A stretch of 64,000 nt of DNA from positions 251,042 through 315,041 of the forward strand of contig CAYJKP010000001.1 in the NCBI GenBank assembly GCA_964371245.1, read 5' to 3'. The first letter of the stretch is position 1, and each line of letters opens with the position of its first letter. Source of the DNA: an uncultured Gammaproteobacteria bacterium. Its GTDB lineage: Bacteria > Patescibacteriota > Patescibacteriia > JAHIZJ01. The translations under genes and the position numbers were made by a program. Below, piece by piece: positions 26,714-38,474 of this stretch. A model generated the notes under the pieces. It was not told the DNA's origin. It saw only the letters and a list, made by a program, of their open reading frames with translations, and ran no database searches.

Positions 26714-27520
26714 ATGCCAGCAAAAAAACGCCCCGCAACAAAAGTTTCAAAAAATCAAAAATTACGTCGTGTAAATTTATTATCAAGCACACTTGAGCCG
26801 AAGAAGACACATCGAACGTCCTGGCCAGGATACTCACCGGTGGTCGGACTTTTTGTTATCGTGCTCGTTGCCCTGATCGTGGGCGCGGGATTATATTATC
26901 TCTCCACCAAGACGAAATCGACGAATACGAACAGCACGGTTGGATTGGAGACAAACAAAAACAGCAACGCCAATTCAAATTCCGTTGCCTGTACGATGGA
27001 AGCCAAGCTTTGTTCGGACGGCTCCTACGTCAGCCGTATCCCGCCGGACTGTCAATTTGCCGCCTGCCCGGGCGAGACAAACATGAATTTGAATAGTAAT
27101 GCGAATGTGAATTCGAATACAAATAGCAATACAAACACCGCCGGCTGGCAGACATATATGAACCAGACTGGTGGGTACTCGATACAATATCCAGCCAATT
27201 GGATGATTGATACGACTCGGAATATCGGGTCGAACAGCGTTGTTTTTGAGGCTTCGGGTAGCGCGGGTGAAGCCGTTGAAGGGATAGAATTCGATGTAAC
27301 CGCAAAAACCCTTGACCAGTGGGCGGCTGAATTTGAAACCGGTATCGTTGAAAGTGTTACCGCGACAACGATTGATGGTAAGGTGGCCAAGAGGGTTGAT
27401 ACGACGGAGTTCGGCCAGGATTATATCGGCGTCCGCAATGGGGATAAATTGTACATTTTTACCAGCAACGGTACAATGTTCACCAACGGCATGTTAAATA
27501 CCTTTCAATTCAGTCAGTAA
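26714..27520 (+). CDS. Membrane-anchored surface protein with a Cys mini-domain, Asn-rich linkers and a PsbP-like C-terminal domain
   Basis: Single TM segment; VACTMEAKLCSDGSYVSRIPPDCQFAACP; NxNxN linkers; WQTY.N..GYSIQYP.NW. Confidence 0.75.
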   Translation: MPAKKRPATKVSKNQKLRRVNLLSSTLEPKKTHRTSWPGYSPVVGLFVIVLVALIVGAGLYYLSTKTKSTNTNSTVGLETNKNSNANSNSVACTMEAKLCSDGSYVSRIPPDCQFAACPGETNMNLNSNANVNSNTNSNTNTAGWQTYMNQTGGYSIQYPANWMIDTTRNIGSNSVVFEASGSAGEAVEGIEFDVTAKTLDQWAAEFETGIVESVTATTIDGKVAKRVDTTEFGQDYIGVRNGDKLYIFTSNGTMFTNGMLNTFQFSQ

Positions 27521-27534
27521 ATCATTAATCATAA

Positions 27535-28800
<1,266 letters not shown>

Positions 28801-28803
28801 AGC

Positions 28804-28894
28804 AATTAAAAATTCAAAATTATGAATTAAAAATGTAGGAAACCACCTAGGGCGGAAACAATAATTTTGCATTTTGCATTTTAAATTTTGAATT
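28804..28894. repeat. Heptamer-periodic palindromic element, copy 2
   Basis: AATTAAA AATTCAA AATTATG AATTAAA AATGTAG / GAAACCACCTAGGGCGGAAAC / AATAATT TTGCATT TTGCATT TTAAATT TTGAATT. 11-bp perfect inverted repeat at 28811-28821 and 28884-28894. Confidence 0.88.
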
Positions 28895-28917
28895 AATACC
28901 CTAATATCCATTGTGTA

Positions 28918-30192
28918 ATGAATAAGAAAAACCGAACTATTAGTTTAGTCGGACTCGGCTATGTCGGCTTGCCGCTGGCTGTATCATTGGCGCGACATTA
29001 CCCGGTGATCGGTTTTGATTTGAACGAAAAGAAAATCCAGCGCCTGCGTCAAGGAACGGATCCGAACGACGAATTGTCTGAAGCGGAACTAAAGAGCGTT
29101 ACAATTGACTATACGACTGATCCGGCCGCTCTCAAAAAGAGCAATTTTGTCATTGTGGCTGTCCCGACGCCGATTACAAAGGATAAAAAGCCGGACTTAA
29201 CGCCTGTTGAGTCAGCTTCTGAGCTGGTCGGCGCGAATATGTCGAAAGGCACAATTGTCGTTTTTGAATCGACCGTATATCCCGGGGTGACAGAAGAAAT
29301 ATGTGTCCCGATCATCGAACGGGCGTCCGGCTTGAAGTGCGGCCGTGACTGGAAGATCGGCTATAGTCCCGAGCGGGTCAATCCGGGAGATAAGGAACAC
29401 ACTATCGACAAGATCACGAAAGTAGTAAGCGGGATGGACGCCGAAACGTGTGATGTCGTCGCCGAGGTATATGGCTCGTTTACCAAGATTCATAAGGCGC
29501 CCAACATTAAAACCGCGGAGGCGGCGAAGGTGATCGAAAACATCCAACGCGATCTAAACATTGCCCTGATGAACGAGTTAAGCCTGATTTTTGAAAAAAT
29601 GGGCATCCGGACCAAAGACGTGTTGGCGGCCGCTTCAACCAAATGGAATTTCCACGCCTATCGGCCGGGTTTGGTCGGCGGGCACTGCATTGGCGTTGAT
29701 CCGTATTATCTGACCTATCGTGCCCAGGAACTAGGGTATGAGCCGCAGGTGATCCTGGCTGGCCGGTCACTCAACGATTCGATGCCGATTATCGTTGCCC
29801 AAAAAGTTCTGAACCGATTGAGCGAGACGGGAAAAACGAGGCCAAAAATCCAAATCATGGGCTTAACCTTTAAAGAAAACGTGAAGGACTCGCGGAACAG
29901 CAAAGCGCGCGAACTTATCCAAGAATTGAAAAAAAACAACGCGCAGGTGACCGGTTGGGATCCATTTCTTGATGATGAAGAAGTAAAAAAGGAATTTGAC
30001 GTCGACAATCAACACCCGTTGGCTGGCGACGCTTTTGATGCGCTGATCGTCCTGTCTCCGCATCGGCAATTTCACGACATTCCAATAAAAGATTTAGCCG
30101 AAAAAATGGCCGGCGGAGTCGTCTTCGATCTCACTGGGGTGTATCCGGCTGAGAAGGCTAAAGAACTCGGCTTACGTTATCTCACATTGTAA
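28918..30192 (+). CDS. UDP-N-acetylhexosamine 6-dehydrogenase (WbpO/TviB/CapL family)
   Basis: GLGYVGLP, VPTP, ESTVYPG, YSPER, AKVIENIQRD, GGHCIGVDPYYL and FKEN..D.RNS. Confidence 0.92.
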   Translation: MNKKNRTISLVGLGYVGLPLAVSLARHYPVIGFDLNEKKIQRLRQGTDPNDELSEAELKSVTIDYTTDPAALKKSNFVIVAVPTPITKDKKPDLTPVESASELVGANMSKGTIVVFESTVYPGVTEEICVPIIERASGLKCGRDWKIGYSPERVNPGDKEHTIDKITKVVSGMDAETCDVVAEVYGSFTKIHKAPNIKTAEAAKVIENIQRDLNIALMNELSLIFEKMGIRTKDVLAAASTKWNFHAYRPGLVGGHCIGVDPYYLTYRAQELGYEPQVILAGRSLNDSMPIIVAQKVLNRLSETGKTRPKIQIMGLTFKENVKDSRNSKARELIQELKKNNAQVTGWDPFLDDEEVKKEFDVDNQHPLAGDAFDALIVLSPHRQFHDIPIKDLAEKMAGGVVFDLTGVYPAEKAKELGLRYLTL

Positions 30193-30202
30193 TACATCGG
30201 AA

Positions 30203-31198
30203 ATGAAATTTCTCATCACCGGCGGCGCGGGCTTTATGGGCTCGAACTTCATCCGCTATCTGATCAATAATTACCCGGAATTTGAGGTGGTAAATTTTGA
30301 TAAGCTTACCTATGCCGGGAATCTCGAGAATTTACGCGACCTCGAACAAAATCCGCGCTATCAATTCATCAAGGGCGATATTGCCAATGAAGCGGCGATT
30401 GACGCAATCATGGGGCAGGAGATCGATACAGTCATTAATTTCGCGGCCGAAACCCACGTCGATCGGTCAATTTCCGGTCCGAAGAGCTTTATCGTAACGG
30501 ACGTACTCGGGACATATACCCTACTTGAGGCGGTGAAAAAATACGGGATAAAGAAATATATCCAAATTTCGACTGACGAGGTCTTCGGTTCAACAAACGA
30601 AGAATTCTCCGAGGACAGCCCGTTCGAGCCGAATAGCCCGTACTCGGCATCGAAGGCCGGGGGCGATCATTTGGTTCGGGCGTATTGGAAAACGTATGGC
30701 CTGCCGGTTATTGTCACACACAGCTGCAATTTTTACGGCCCCTACCAGTACCCGGAAAAGCTTATCCCGTTGTTTATTACGAACTTAATTGAAGGCAAGA
30801 AAATTCCGGTTTATGGCGACGGGCAAAACATTCGGGAATGGATCTATGTGCCTGATTATTGCCAAGCACTCGACGTCATCCATCAGAAAGGTGAACCAGG
30901 GGATGTCTATAACATTGGCACGGGCGAGCGCTTTACCAATCTGGAAGTAACGCAGATGATATTAGAGCAAATGGGCGTCGGCCAGGAAATGGTCGAATAC
31001 GTCAAGGATCGGCCCGGCCACGACCGTCGCTACGCCATCAATGCCGAGAAACTGCGTGAACTCGGGTGGCAGCCGGACTGGAATTTCGAGCAGGCGCTGA
31101 AGGAAACGATTGAGTGGTATCAGGATCATCAGGACTGGTGGAAGAGACTCAAGAGCGGGGAGTATTTGGAATACTATAAAAAACAGTACGGCGCGTAA
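30203..31198 (+). CDS. rmlB: dTDP-glucose 4,6-dehydratase
   Basis: TGGAGFMG, DKLTYAGN, FAAETHVDRS, STDEV, SPYSASK and DRPGHDRRY. Confidence 0.96.
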   Translation: MKFLITGGAGFMGSNFIRYLINNYPEFEVVNFDKLTYAGNLENLRDLEQNPRYQFIKGDIANEAAIDAIMGQEIDTVINFAAETHVDRSISGPKSFIVTDVLGTYTLLEAVKKYGIKKYIQISTDEVFGSTNEEFSEDSPFEPNSPYSASKAGGDHLVRAYWKTYGLPVIVTHSCNFYGPYQYPEKLIPLFITNLIEGKKIPVYGDGQNIREWIYVPDYCQALDVIHQKGEPGDVYNIGTGERFTNLEVTQMILEQMGVGQEMVEYVKDRPGHDRRYAINAEKLRELGWQPDWNFEQALKETIEWYQDHQDWWKRLKSGEYLEYYKKQYGA

Positions 31199-31214
31199 GG
31201 AGTCAGCGGCTGTC

Positions 31215-31243
31215 TTTACAGTCAAGGCGTGAATCGGTACACT
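31215..31243 (+). promoter_or_regulatory. Putative internal sigma70 promoter for rmlD
   Basis: TTTACA-17 bp-TACACT. Confidence 0.5.
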
Positions 31244-31288
31244 ATAAGCAAATCAGTGCGCGGATAAAAACATTTAAAAGAATACCGC

Positions 31289-32119
31289 ATGAAAATTCTT
31301 ATCGCCGGTCACAAGGGCATGCTCGGCTCGGCGCTGGCCAATGTTTTTAAAGGTGAAGAGCTGGTACTTTGGGATTTACCCGAGGTTGACGTGGCTGACG
31401 AATCCATCCTCGACCAGATGGTTGCGGAAAACCCGGAATTAGTCATTAATGCTACCGGCTATACGGCTGTTGATATGGCCGAAAAGAAAAAGAAGGAAGC
31501 GAAAAGGGGGAATATTACGACTGTTGAAATGCTCGCCGAAGCGTGCGCGAAGATTAATTCGCCGCTCGTCCATTTCAGTACGGATTATGTTTTTGATGGC
31601 GAAACGAAAACCGGCTACAAAGAAAACGACCAGCCAAAACCCATTAGTTTTTATGGCAAGACGAAGGCCGAAGCTGAAAAAACTCTCAAGAAAAAAACCG
31701 ATGAGATATTTCTCATTCGAACATCCGGACTCTACGGTCCAAACGGTAAAAATTTCGTCGACGCGATCCTCGAAAAGGCCAAGACGGGGACTCCGTTAAC
31801 GATCGTGAACGACCAAATCTGCAAGCCGACCTATTCGCTCGATCTGGCCAGGGCCGTTCGGGAGCTCATCGAAATGCAGCCGGAATACGGCACGTATCAT
31901 CTTGTGAATGAGGGGGCGGTCAGCTGGTATGAATTTGCGAAAAAGATCGTTGAGTTCGCCCAGCTCAAGGTTGACGTGAAGCCCATTAGTTCAAAAGAAT
32001 ACAAGGCAGCGGCGAAACGTCCGGCAAACTCAACGCTTTTGAATACGAAAATGAAACACCTCCGACCCTGGTCAGAGGCATTAGCCGATTATCTTGCCCG
32101 CAAGCAGTCAAAAGCCTAA
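31289..32119 (+). CDS. rmlD: dTDP-4-dehydrorhamnose reductase
   Basis: GHKGMLG, YTAVD.AE, STDYVFDG, YGKTK, DQ...PT and AKRP. Confidence 0.94.
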   Translation: MKILIAGHKGMLGSALANVFKGEELVLWDLPEVDVADESILDQMVAENPELVINATGYTAVDMAEKKKKEAKRGNITTVEMLAEACAKINSPLVHFSTDYVFDGETKTGYKENDQPKPISFYGKTKAEAEKTLKKKTDEIFLIRTSGLYGPNGKNFVDAILEKAKTGTPLTIVNDQICKPTYSLDLARAVRELIEMQPEYGTYHLVNEGAVSWYEFAKKIVEFAQLKVDVKPISSKEYKAAAKRPANSTLLNTKMKHLRPWSEALADYLARKQSKA

Positions 32120-33441
32120 AATAACAGCCGGCTCCATAAACGGGCGCGCTCATTCGTTTCTTGATAGAGCAGCGTATTTTCAGTCGTCAGTGTAAACCAA
32201 CCGCGCGCATTCGATACCAGTGGAACAATGGTGTAGGTCGGGGCGTATTCGCTCAGCTCAAGCGATTCGATACGGTCAGCCCGGGAAAAGATCAGGTAGG
32301 GGAGGTCAGCGAGCTGGGTGACATAATGAATTGGGTCGCTGACGCGTTGAAGCAGCCGATGTTCGGCTGTTTTTGGATCATAGCGCCAGATTTCGTTATC
32401 GTTGTAGTAGATGAATTGTTCGATGTTCTTCAGCCAAAAGCCGTCCTTGGCCGCATTGTTTTTCTTGGTTTGGCGAAAGGTTGAATCTTGCGGCTCAATC
32501 AGGTACAAATCATGCGCGTTACTGTCGGCCAGAATGAGGTGTTTGTTCTCCGTTGATAAGAGATTATAGTTGTTACTCGAGGGTAGGCGCGATAGCGGTT
32601 GGTTTGTTTCAAGTGCGCTCGTGGTACGATAGAGATAGCTTGTTTGGCCGTCGTTCGTCAGGTAATACACGTCCGTGCCTCGAACGAAGAATTGCGAGAC
32701 GTTTTTTTGAGAGCAGGCAACGGTATCATTTGTCAGTTGAACCTGACACAGCTGGTCGTCGTTTTGTCCAAGCAACGTGTCGCGGTCCAGCCACTGGAGA
32801 CTTGATATGTCCGTTGGTAGATAATTTAGTGACACACTCGAATTCTCCTGGTTTGTTTTCACCAGCTCAAAGGAATCGTCAACCTCAGACTGGGAGATGA
32901 CGACCTGATCATATTGCGGGTCGGTCTCGATCGTAATGGTGCCTGGTCGGGTGACCAGTGGGGTGGTCGAGCCATCACGGAGATTCAGGCGTTTCAGTTC
33001 GGTCGTCGCGCCCTGTTTCGTAATTGCCAGCAGTTGGTCGTTGTTTGAAGTTTTTTTCAGCTGAATAATGTCCTCGTTTACTAAAAGCTGGCTGGTGGTG
33101 TCGCGGAAGAGAATAATGCTGTATAAAACGCTCGCCCGACTTGTTCGCACGGTAATCGTGTTCTGCCACGGCAGGAAACCGTCCTTCACGATCTTTATGT
33201 CGTAGGTACCGGGAAATATACCAGTCAGGACGGTCGGGGTTTTTTCCCCTTGATCAGTGCCGTTCAGCCAGATTTCGGCTCCTTTCGGACGGGTATTCAG
33301 ATTGATAACGCTTGTTTTTATCAGACGCTTATGCGCCCAATCGAGTCGATAGCCCGATGAATAAAGAACCAAAATAGGCGCGACTACGAAAAAAAAGAGT
33401 ATAAAACTCAGGTAGAGGAGGCGACGATTATTTCGAGTCAT
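32116..33441 (-). CDS. PEGA domain-containing membrane-anchored protein with probable beta-propeller
   Basis: TM segment then YSSGYR; NTRPKGAEIWLNG...TP...PGTYDIKIVKDGFLPW (PEGA). Confidence 0.8.
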   Translation of the reverse strand: MTRNNRRLLYLSFILFFFVVAPILVLYSSGYRLDWAHKRLIKTSVINLNTRPKGAEIWLNGTDQGEKTPTVLTGIFPGTYDIKIVKDGFLPWQNTITVRTSRASVLYSIILFRDTTSQLLVNEDIIQLKKTSNNDQLLAITKQGATTELKRLNLRDGSTTPLVTRPGTITIETDPQYDQVVISQSEVDDSFELVKTNQENSSVSLNYLPTDISSLQWLDRDTLLGQNDDQLCQVQLTNDTVACSQKNVSQFFVRGTDVYYLTNDGQTSYLYRTTSALETNQPLSRLPSSNNYNLLSTENKHLILADSNAHDLYLIEPQDSTFRQTKKNNAAKDGFWLKNIEQFIYYNDNEIWRYDPKTAEHRLLQRVSDPIHYVTQLADLPYLIFSRADRIESLELSEYAPTYTIVPLVSNARGWFTLTTENTLLYQETNERARLWSRLLF

Positions 33442-33442
33442 T

Positions 33443-33471
33443 TTGACGTTTTTTCAATTCCCAGGTACAAT
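33443..33471 (+). promoter_or_regulatory. Sigma70 promoter for the murA operon
   Basis: TTGACG-17 bp-TACAAT. Confidence 0.7.
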
Positions 33472-33491
33472 GCAGTGTGATAGCTTCATCT

Positions 33492-33520
33492 ATTCTACCA
33501 GTCTTCACAGCCGGTGACAA
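33492..33520 (-). promoter_or_regulatory. Sigma70 promoter for the PEGA gene (faces the murA promoter)
   Basis: TTGTCA-17 bp-TAGAAT with extended TG on the minus strand. Confidence 0.65.
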
Positions 33521-33529
33521 TAACAAGCA

Positions 33530-34792
33530 ATGGAACACTTTCGGATTGAGGGTGGCACGCTCCTGGAGGGTGAAATCAGCGTGTACGGAGCAAAAAACTC
33601 CGCCCTGAAAATCATTGCCTCGACGGTCCTAACCGACGAAACCTGCCGGATAGAAAATATCCCAGCGATCGCCGATGTTTTAGTATTGATTGATATTTTG
33701 AAAGAGATGGGCGCCGAGGTAAAGCCAATCGACCGCCACACCTATGAAATTACCTGTGCGGGGATTCGCGAACCAAATCTACCGGAAAAACTTGTTAGAA
33801 AACTACGCGCCTCGGTCGTTTTGCTCGGCCCGCTGTTAGCCCGGTTCGGCGAGGTAAAAATGCCTCATCCCGGCGGCTGCGTCATTGGAGAGCGGCCAAT
33901 CGATATATTTCTTGACGGGTTTGCGGCCCTGGGCGTCGAAGTAAAAGAAGAAGAAACGCACTATCACTTTCATACGAAAAAACTTACCGGCGCGACCTTC
34001 GTATTTCCCCGTGTGAGCGTGACAGCGACCGAAGCGTTATTGATGGCCGCGACCTTGGCGGATGGCACGACAACGTTAAAATTCGCCGCCTGCGAGCCCG
34101 AGATCGAAGATTTAGCGGAATGGTTGAATGAGCGCGGTGCCAAAATACGGGGCGCTGGTACGCACACCATAATTATCGAGGGCGTGAAAAAAATTGCCGG
34201 CGGATCAAAGCGGATCATGCCGGATCGTTTAGAAGCCGGTACCTTTGCCATACTCGGTGCGGCCGTTGGTCGCAAAGTCGTGATAACAAATTGCGAGCCA
34301 AACCATCTCGAAGTCCCCTGGAAATTACTTCGACAAGCCGGGGTGCGCTTTGATCTCGGCCAAGACACGGTGACGGTCCATCGCTCGCCGAACCTTCAAG
34401 CGGTCAATTTAATAACCCACGAGTATCCAGGTTTTATTACTGACCTCCAGGCCCCGTATACCGTGCTGATGACTCAGGCGAAAGGCCTTAGCCTGATTCA
34501 CGAGACGATCTATGAAGGCCGGCTTTTTTACATCGATAAGCTCAATAAAATGGGTGCCCATATTATCATGTGCGATCCCCACCGAGTTGTCGTGCTAGGA
34601 CCGGCTAAACTGTACGGGGCGACGGTCGAAAGTCCGGATATCCGCGCGGGTATTGCTTTGGTCATTGCCGCCCTTTTAGCTGAGGGGTCGAGTCGCATCG
34701 AGAATATTTACCAGGTTGACCGTGGCTATGAAGCCATTGATGACCGCTTGCGCCAATTGGGTGCGAAGATAGAGCGCGTACAAGAAACATGA
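33530..34792 (+). CDS. murA: UDP-N-acetylglucosamine 1-carboxyvinyltransferase
   Basis: GAKNS, LRAS, PGGCVIGERP (active-site Cys retained), PDRLEAGT, PGFITDLQ, DIRAG and DRGYE. Confidence 0.97.
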   Translation: MEHFRIEGGTLLEGEISVYGAKNSALKIIASTVLTDETCRIENIPAIADVLVLIDILKEMGAEVKPIDRHTYEITCAGIREPNLPEKLVRKLRASVVLLGPLLARFGEVKMPHPGGCVIGERPIDIFLDGFAALGVEVKEEETHYHFHTKKLTGATFVFPRVSVTATEALLMAATLADGTTTLKFAACEPEIEDLAEWLNERGAKIRGAGTHTIIIEGVKKIAGGSKRIMPDRLEAGTFAILGAAVGRKVVITNCEPNHLEVPWKLLRQAGVRFDLGQDTVTVHRSPNLQAVNLITHEYPGFITDLQAPYTVLMTQAKGLSLIHETIYEGRLFYIDKLNKMGAHIIMCDPHRVVVLGPAKLYGATVESPDIRAGIALVIAALLAEGSSRIENIYQVDRGYEAIDDRLRQLGAKIERVQET

Positions 34793-36051
34793 ACACGATC
34801 CCACTTCCACCACCGATAAAAAAGAAATCGAATACAGCCGTAAAAATAATTATCGGCTATTTAGTATTTTCTCTTTTCGCGATCGTCTTTTTTGCCGGTT
34901 ATGTAATCGGCAACCTACGGACAACATCGCTGACCGGGGCCCGTCTTTTTTCAAATATCATCCAGCATGTTCCCGACAGTCTGAAGGACAAAAATATCGA
35001 TTACACGCTGTTTTGGAACGTCTGGAGCTATATCTCCGATGAATATGTGAAGCAGCCGGTCAGTGAAACCGACGCTTTCTACGGTTCGTTAAAAGGGATG
35101 GTGGCTTCACTCGGCGATCCCTACTCGATGTTCCTTGATCCGAGTGAGACAAAAGAATTTAATTTCGAAATAAGCGGCCGGTTTGAGGGTATCGGCGCAG
35201 AAATTGGTACCAAAGATGGGAAGATCGTTATTATTGCCCCAGTGCCTAGTTCTCCCGCTGAAAAAGCTGGTCTCAAGGCGGGCGACATTGTCCTTCAAAT
35301 CGACGAAACCGATACCGCCGGTCTGACCGTAGACCAGGCCGTCGCGTTAATCCGCGGCGAAAAGGGGAGCACGGTAAAACTAACCATTGAGCGCACTGGC
35401 ACGGCTGAGCCGCTTACCCTGACGATTACCCGGGACACGATTATCACGAGCAGTGTGACGTCAAAAATGCTTGATGGCAATATCGCCTATATTTCGTTGG
35501 CGGACTTCAGCCAGGACACTGCGTCCGAATTCTCAAAAGCGGTCAACGGCCTTCTGTTGCAAGAGCCAAAGGGCTTAGTTTTGGATCTGAGAAATAACCC
35601 AGGCGGATATCTCGATCAAGCGGTTGCGGTGGCCGGGGAGTTTATTAACAACGATACCGTCGTCATCGAACAATTCAGTAACGGCCAGAAACGGGTCCAT
35701 AAGTCGGATGGGCAAAGCCGCTTAAAGGATCTTTCAACTGTCGTCCTTATTGATGGAGGATCTGCATCAGCGGCTGAAATACTGGCTGGCGCCCTGCAGG
35801 ATTATAAAGTGGCAACGCTCGTCGGTGAGCAGACGTTTGGCAAAGGTTCGGTTCAGGATTATACTGAGTTTGATGACGGTTCGAGCCTAAAAATCACGGT
35901 GGCTGAATGGCTGACGCCGCAGGGCCGGTCGATTAATAAAACAGGCATATCGCCGGACATCACGGTCTCGTACACGCAAGCCCAGTATGATGCCGGACAA
36001 GATCCTCAACTCGATAAGGCGAAAGAAATATTAAGCACCACAACACCATGA
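34789..36051 (+). CDS. ctpA: Carboxyl-terminal processing protease, S41 family with PDZ domain
   Basis: LGDPYS, FEGIGA, DLRNNPGG, SASAAEI, TFGKGSVQ and GISPD. Confidence 0.93.
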   Translation: MNTIPLPPPIKKKSNTAVKIIIGYLVFSLFAIVFFAGYVIGNLRTTSLTGARLFSNIIQHVPDSLKDKNIDYTLFWNVWSYISDEYVKQPVSETDAFYGSLKGMVASLGDPYSMFLDPSETKEFNFEISGRFEGIGAEIGTKDGKIVIIAPVPSSPAEKAGLKAGDIVLQIDETDTAGLTVDQAVALIRGEKGSTVKLTIERTGTAEPLTLTITRDTIITSSVTSKMLDGNIAYISLADFSQDTASEFSKAVNGLLLQEPKGLVLDLRNNPGGYLDQAVAVAGEFINNDTVVIEQFSNGQKRVHKSDGQSRLKDLSTVVLIDGGSASAAEILAGALQDYKVATLVGEQTFGKGSVQDYTEFDDGSSLKITVAEWLTPQGRSINKTGISPDITVSYTQAQYDAGQDPQLDKAKEILSTTTP

Positions 36052-36323
36052 AACAGCGTATGTCGTTAAAAGTCTATGGCCAGGTTCAGGGTGTTAATCT
36101 TCGCTCTATGATCAAGGTAAAAGCCCTCGAGCTCGGCCTCGTTGGCTACGTTATGAATAATAACGATAGCACGGTCTCACTTGAGGCTGAGGGCGAGCGC
36201 CCAGCCCTGGAGGCACTCATGAGTTGGCTCAGAGACAGACCGGGTAATTGCCGAATTGACCGTCTGGCTGATGATTGGAGTGAGCCGACCGGACAAGAAG
36301 ACAATTTTGTAATTAAATATTAA
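36048..36323 (+). CDS. acyP: Acylphosphatase
   Basis: [11 protein letters not shown] loop and GYVMN..D.TV...AEG; 91 aa. Confidence 0.88.
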   Translation: MKQRMSLKVYGQVQGVNLRSMIKVKALELGLVGYVMNNNDSTVSLEAEGERPALEALMSWLRDRPGNCRIDRLADDWSEPTGQEDNFVIKY

Positions 36324-36337
36324 CTTCTAATTGTCGC

Positions 36338-36790
36338 GTGAAAGTTATTTTACGAAAAACCGTCCCAACACTTGGGGAAGCGGGTGATGTGAAAAATGTT
36401 GCCGAAGGGCATGCCCGCAATTTTTTATTTCCCCAAGGCCTCGCCAGTCCGGCGACTGAGCAATTGCTAGCAGAAACGGAGCGATTTCGGAAAAAGCGAG
36501 CCAAGCAAAAGTCGCGCGCTGACTCAAAATACGGCCAGGTAGCAGAAACAGTACGCGATCTAACCCTGGTTTTTCGCCTCAAGGCGACGCCCGAAGGAAC
36601 GCTTTTTGCCGGCATTGGTCCGAATGAGATCGTCGAGCGGATACAGCGCGATAAAGGCGTTCGTCTTTCCGAAAAAACCGTTCATCTCGAGAAACATCTC
36701 AAAACGGTTGGTCAACACGAGGTCACGCTCACGCTGGGCAAAGAAACGCTAGCGATAAAAATAATTATTGAGGCGGAACATGAAAAGTAG
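36338..36790 (+). CDS. rplI: 50S ribosomal protein L9
   Basis: MKVIL...[25 protein letters not shown] and LKTVG.H.V; GTG start. Confidence 0.93.
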   Translation: MKVILRKTVPTLGEAGDVKNVAEGHARNFLFPQGLASPATEQLLAETERFRKKRAKQKSRADSKYGQVAETVRDLTLVFRLKATPEGTLFAGIGPNEIVERIQRDKGVRLSEKTVHLEKHLKTVGQHEVTLTLGKETLAIKIIIEAEHEK

Positions 36791-38417
36791 AAAATACATC
36801 TTCGTCATGGGCGGCGTACTCTCGGGCCTGGGGAAGGGAATTGCCGTTTCATCAATCGGACTGTTATTGAAATCGCGGGGGTATCGGGTGACGGCCTTGA
36901 AAATCGACCCCTACGTGAACGTCGATGCCGGCACTATGAATCCGACCGAACACGGCGAAGTCTTCGTGACCAAGGATGGTTTAGAGACGGACCAGGATAT
37001 CGGCAATTATGAACGCTTCTTAAATACCGAGCTTAGCCGGGATAATTACATGACCACGGGCGCGGTCTATTTATCGGTTATCCAAAAAGAACGCAATCTG
37101 GGTTATAAAGGCAAGTGTGTAGAAGTCGTACCGCATATTCCCGAGGAAGTGATCAGACGCATTGAGTTGGCCGGACAGAAAAATAAAGCCGATATTGTGT
37201 TAATTGAAATTGGCGGCACCGTCGGCGAATATCAGAACCTGTTGTTTCTCGAAGCGGCTCGGATGATGCGTCTCCAGCGTCCAGATGATATTGCCTTCGT
37301 GTTGGTCAGTTATTTGCCGATTCCATCCAAGATCGGCGAAATGAAGACCAAGCCGACCCAGTATGCCGTTCGTACGCTCAACGGCGCCGGCATTCAGCCC
37401 GACTTTTTGCTTTGTCGCGCTGAAAAGCCACTCGATCAGCCGCGCCGAGAAAAACTTGCCATCTTCTGTAACATGAAACCGGCGAATGTTTTAGCGGCGA
37501 TTGACGTTGATAACATCTATAACGTGCCGATCAATTATGAAAAAGAGAAGCTCGCCGAGAAAATACTCCAGCTTCTCAATATTGCTCCGAAAGCGAACAC
37601 GCTTGGCTCATGGAAACGTTTGCTTCGAAACATGAACCAAACGACCAAGCCGGTCCGGATCGGAATTGTCGGAAAATATTTTGCTACGGGTAATTTTATA
37701 CTGGCTGATTCCTATATTTCTGTAATCGAAGCGATTAAGCACGCAGCCTGGGCGCGTCATTTGAAACCAGAACTTCACTGGATAAACTCTGAAGAATTTG
37801 AAAAGAGTCCCAACGCGGTAAAAGAATTGTCCCGCTACGACGGCATAATCGTGCCGCAAGGCTGGGGTAGCCGTGGCGCCGAAGGAAAAATATCCGCGAT
37901 TCGCTATATTCGCGAACACAATATTCCATATCTCGGATTATGCTATGGTATGCAGATGGCCGTGATCGAATTCGCCCGAAACGTTGCCAGATTAAAGGGC
38001 GCCCATACGTTGGAAGCTGATCCGAAAACACCCAACCCGGTTATCCATATCATGCCGGAACAAAAAGAATATCTTGCCAAGAAACAGTATGGCGGGACCA
38101 TCCGGCTCGGTAATTGGCCTTGCCGCTTGACGCCAAAGACGAAAACCGCCGCCGCCTATGGGTCTGGCATCCGTACCGTTCAGGAACGCCACCGTCACCG
38201 GTACGAGTTCAATATGGCGTATCGCAAACGGCTGGAAGATAAGGGCTTGGTTATTGCTGGCACGTCACCGGACGGGAAGCTGGTCGAAGCGATTGAATTA
38301 CGCGGCCACCCATTCTTTGTCGGCACCCAATTTCATCCTGAGTATAAATCACACCCGGAAGCGCCCCATCCGTTATTTCTTGCCTTTGTGAAGGCGTGCG
38401 CTGGGTCAAAAAAATAG
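36780..38417 (+). CDS. pyrG: CTP synthase
   Basis: [50 protein letters not shown] and QFHPE. Confidence 0.97.
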   Translation: MKSRKYIFVMGGVLSGLGKGIAVSSIGLLLKSRGYRVTALKIDPYVNVDAGTMNPTEHGEVFVTKDGLETDQDIGNYERFLNTELSRDNYMTTGAVYLSVIQKERNLGYKGKCVEVVPHIPEEVIRRIELAGQKNKADIVLIEIGGTVGEYQNLLFLEAARMMRLQRPDDIAFVLVSYLPIPSKIGEMKTKPTQYAVRTLNGAGIQPDFLLCRAEKPLDQPRREKLAIFCNMKPANVLAAIDVDNIYNVPINYEKEKLAEKILQLLNIAPKANTLGSWKRLLRNMNQTTKPVRIGIVGKYFATGNFILADSYISVIEAIKHAAWARHLKPELHWINSEEFEKSPNAVKELSRYDGIIVPQGWGSRGAEGKISAIRYIREHNIPYLGLCYGMQMAVIEFARNVARLKGAHTLEADPKTPNPVIHIMPEQKEYLAKKQYGGTIRLGNWPCRLTPKTKTAAAYGSGIRTVQERHRHRYEFNMAYRKRLEDKGLVIAGTSPDGKLVEAIELRGHPFFVGTQFHPEYKSHPEAPHPLFLAFVKACAGSKK

Positions 38418-38426
38418 GAAATTCTC

Positions 38427-38463
38427 ATATGAAAAAATCCGTGATTGACGGATTTTTTCATAT
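38427..38463. terminator. Bidirectional intrinsic terminator between convergent pyrG and rpmA
   Basis: Perfect 16-bp inverted repeat ATATGAAAAAATCCGT-gattg-ACGGATTTTTTCATAT with A6/T6 tracts. Confidence 0.9.
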
Positions 38464-38474
38464 TGATTGAGTCG

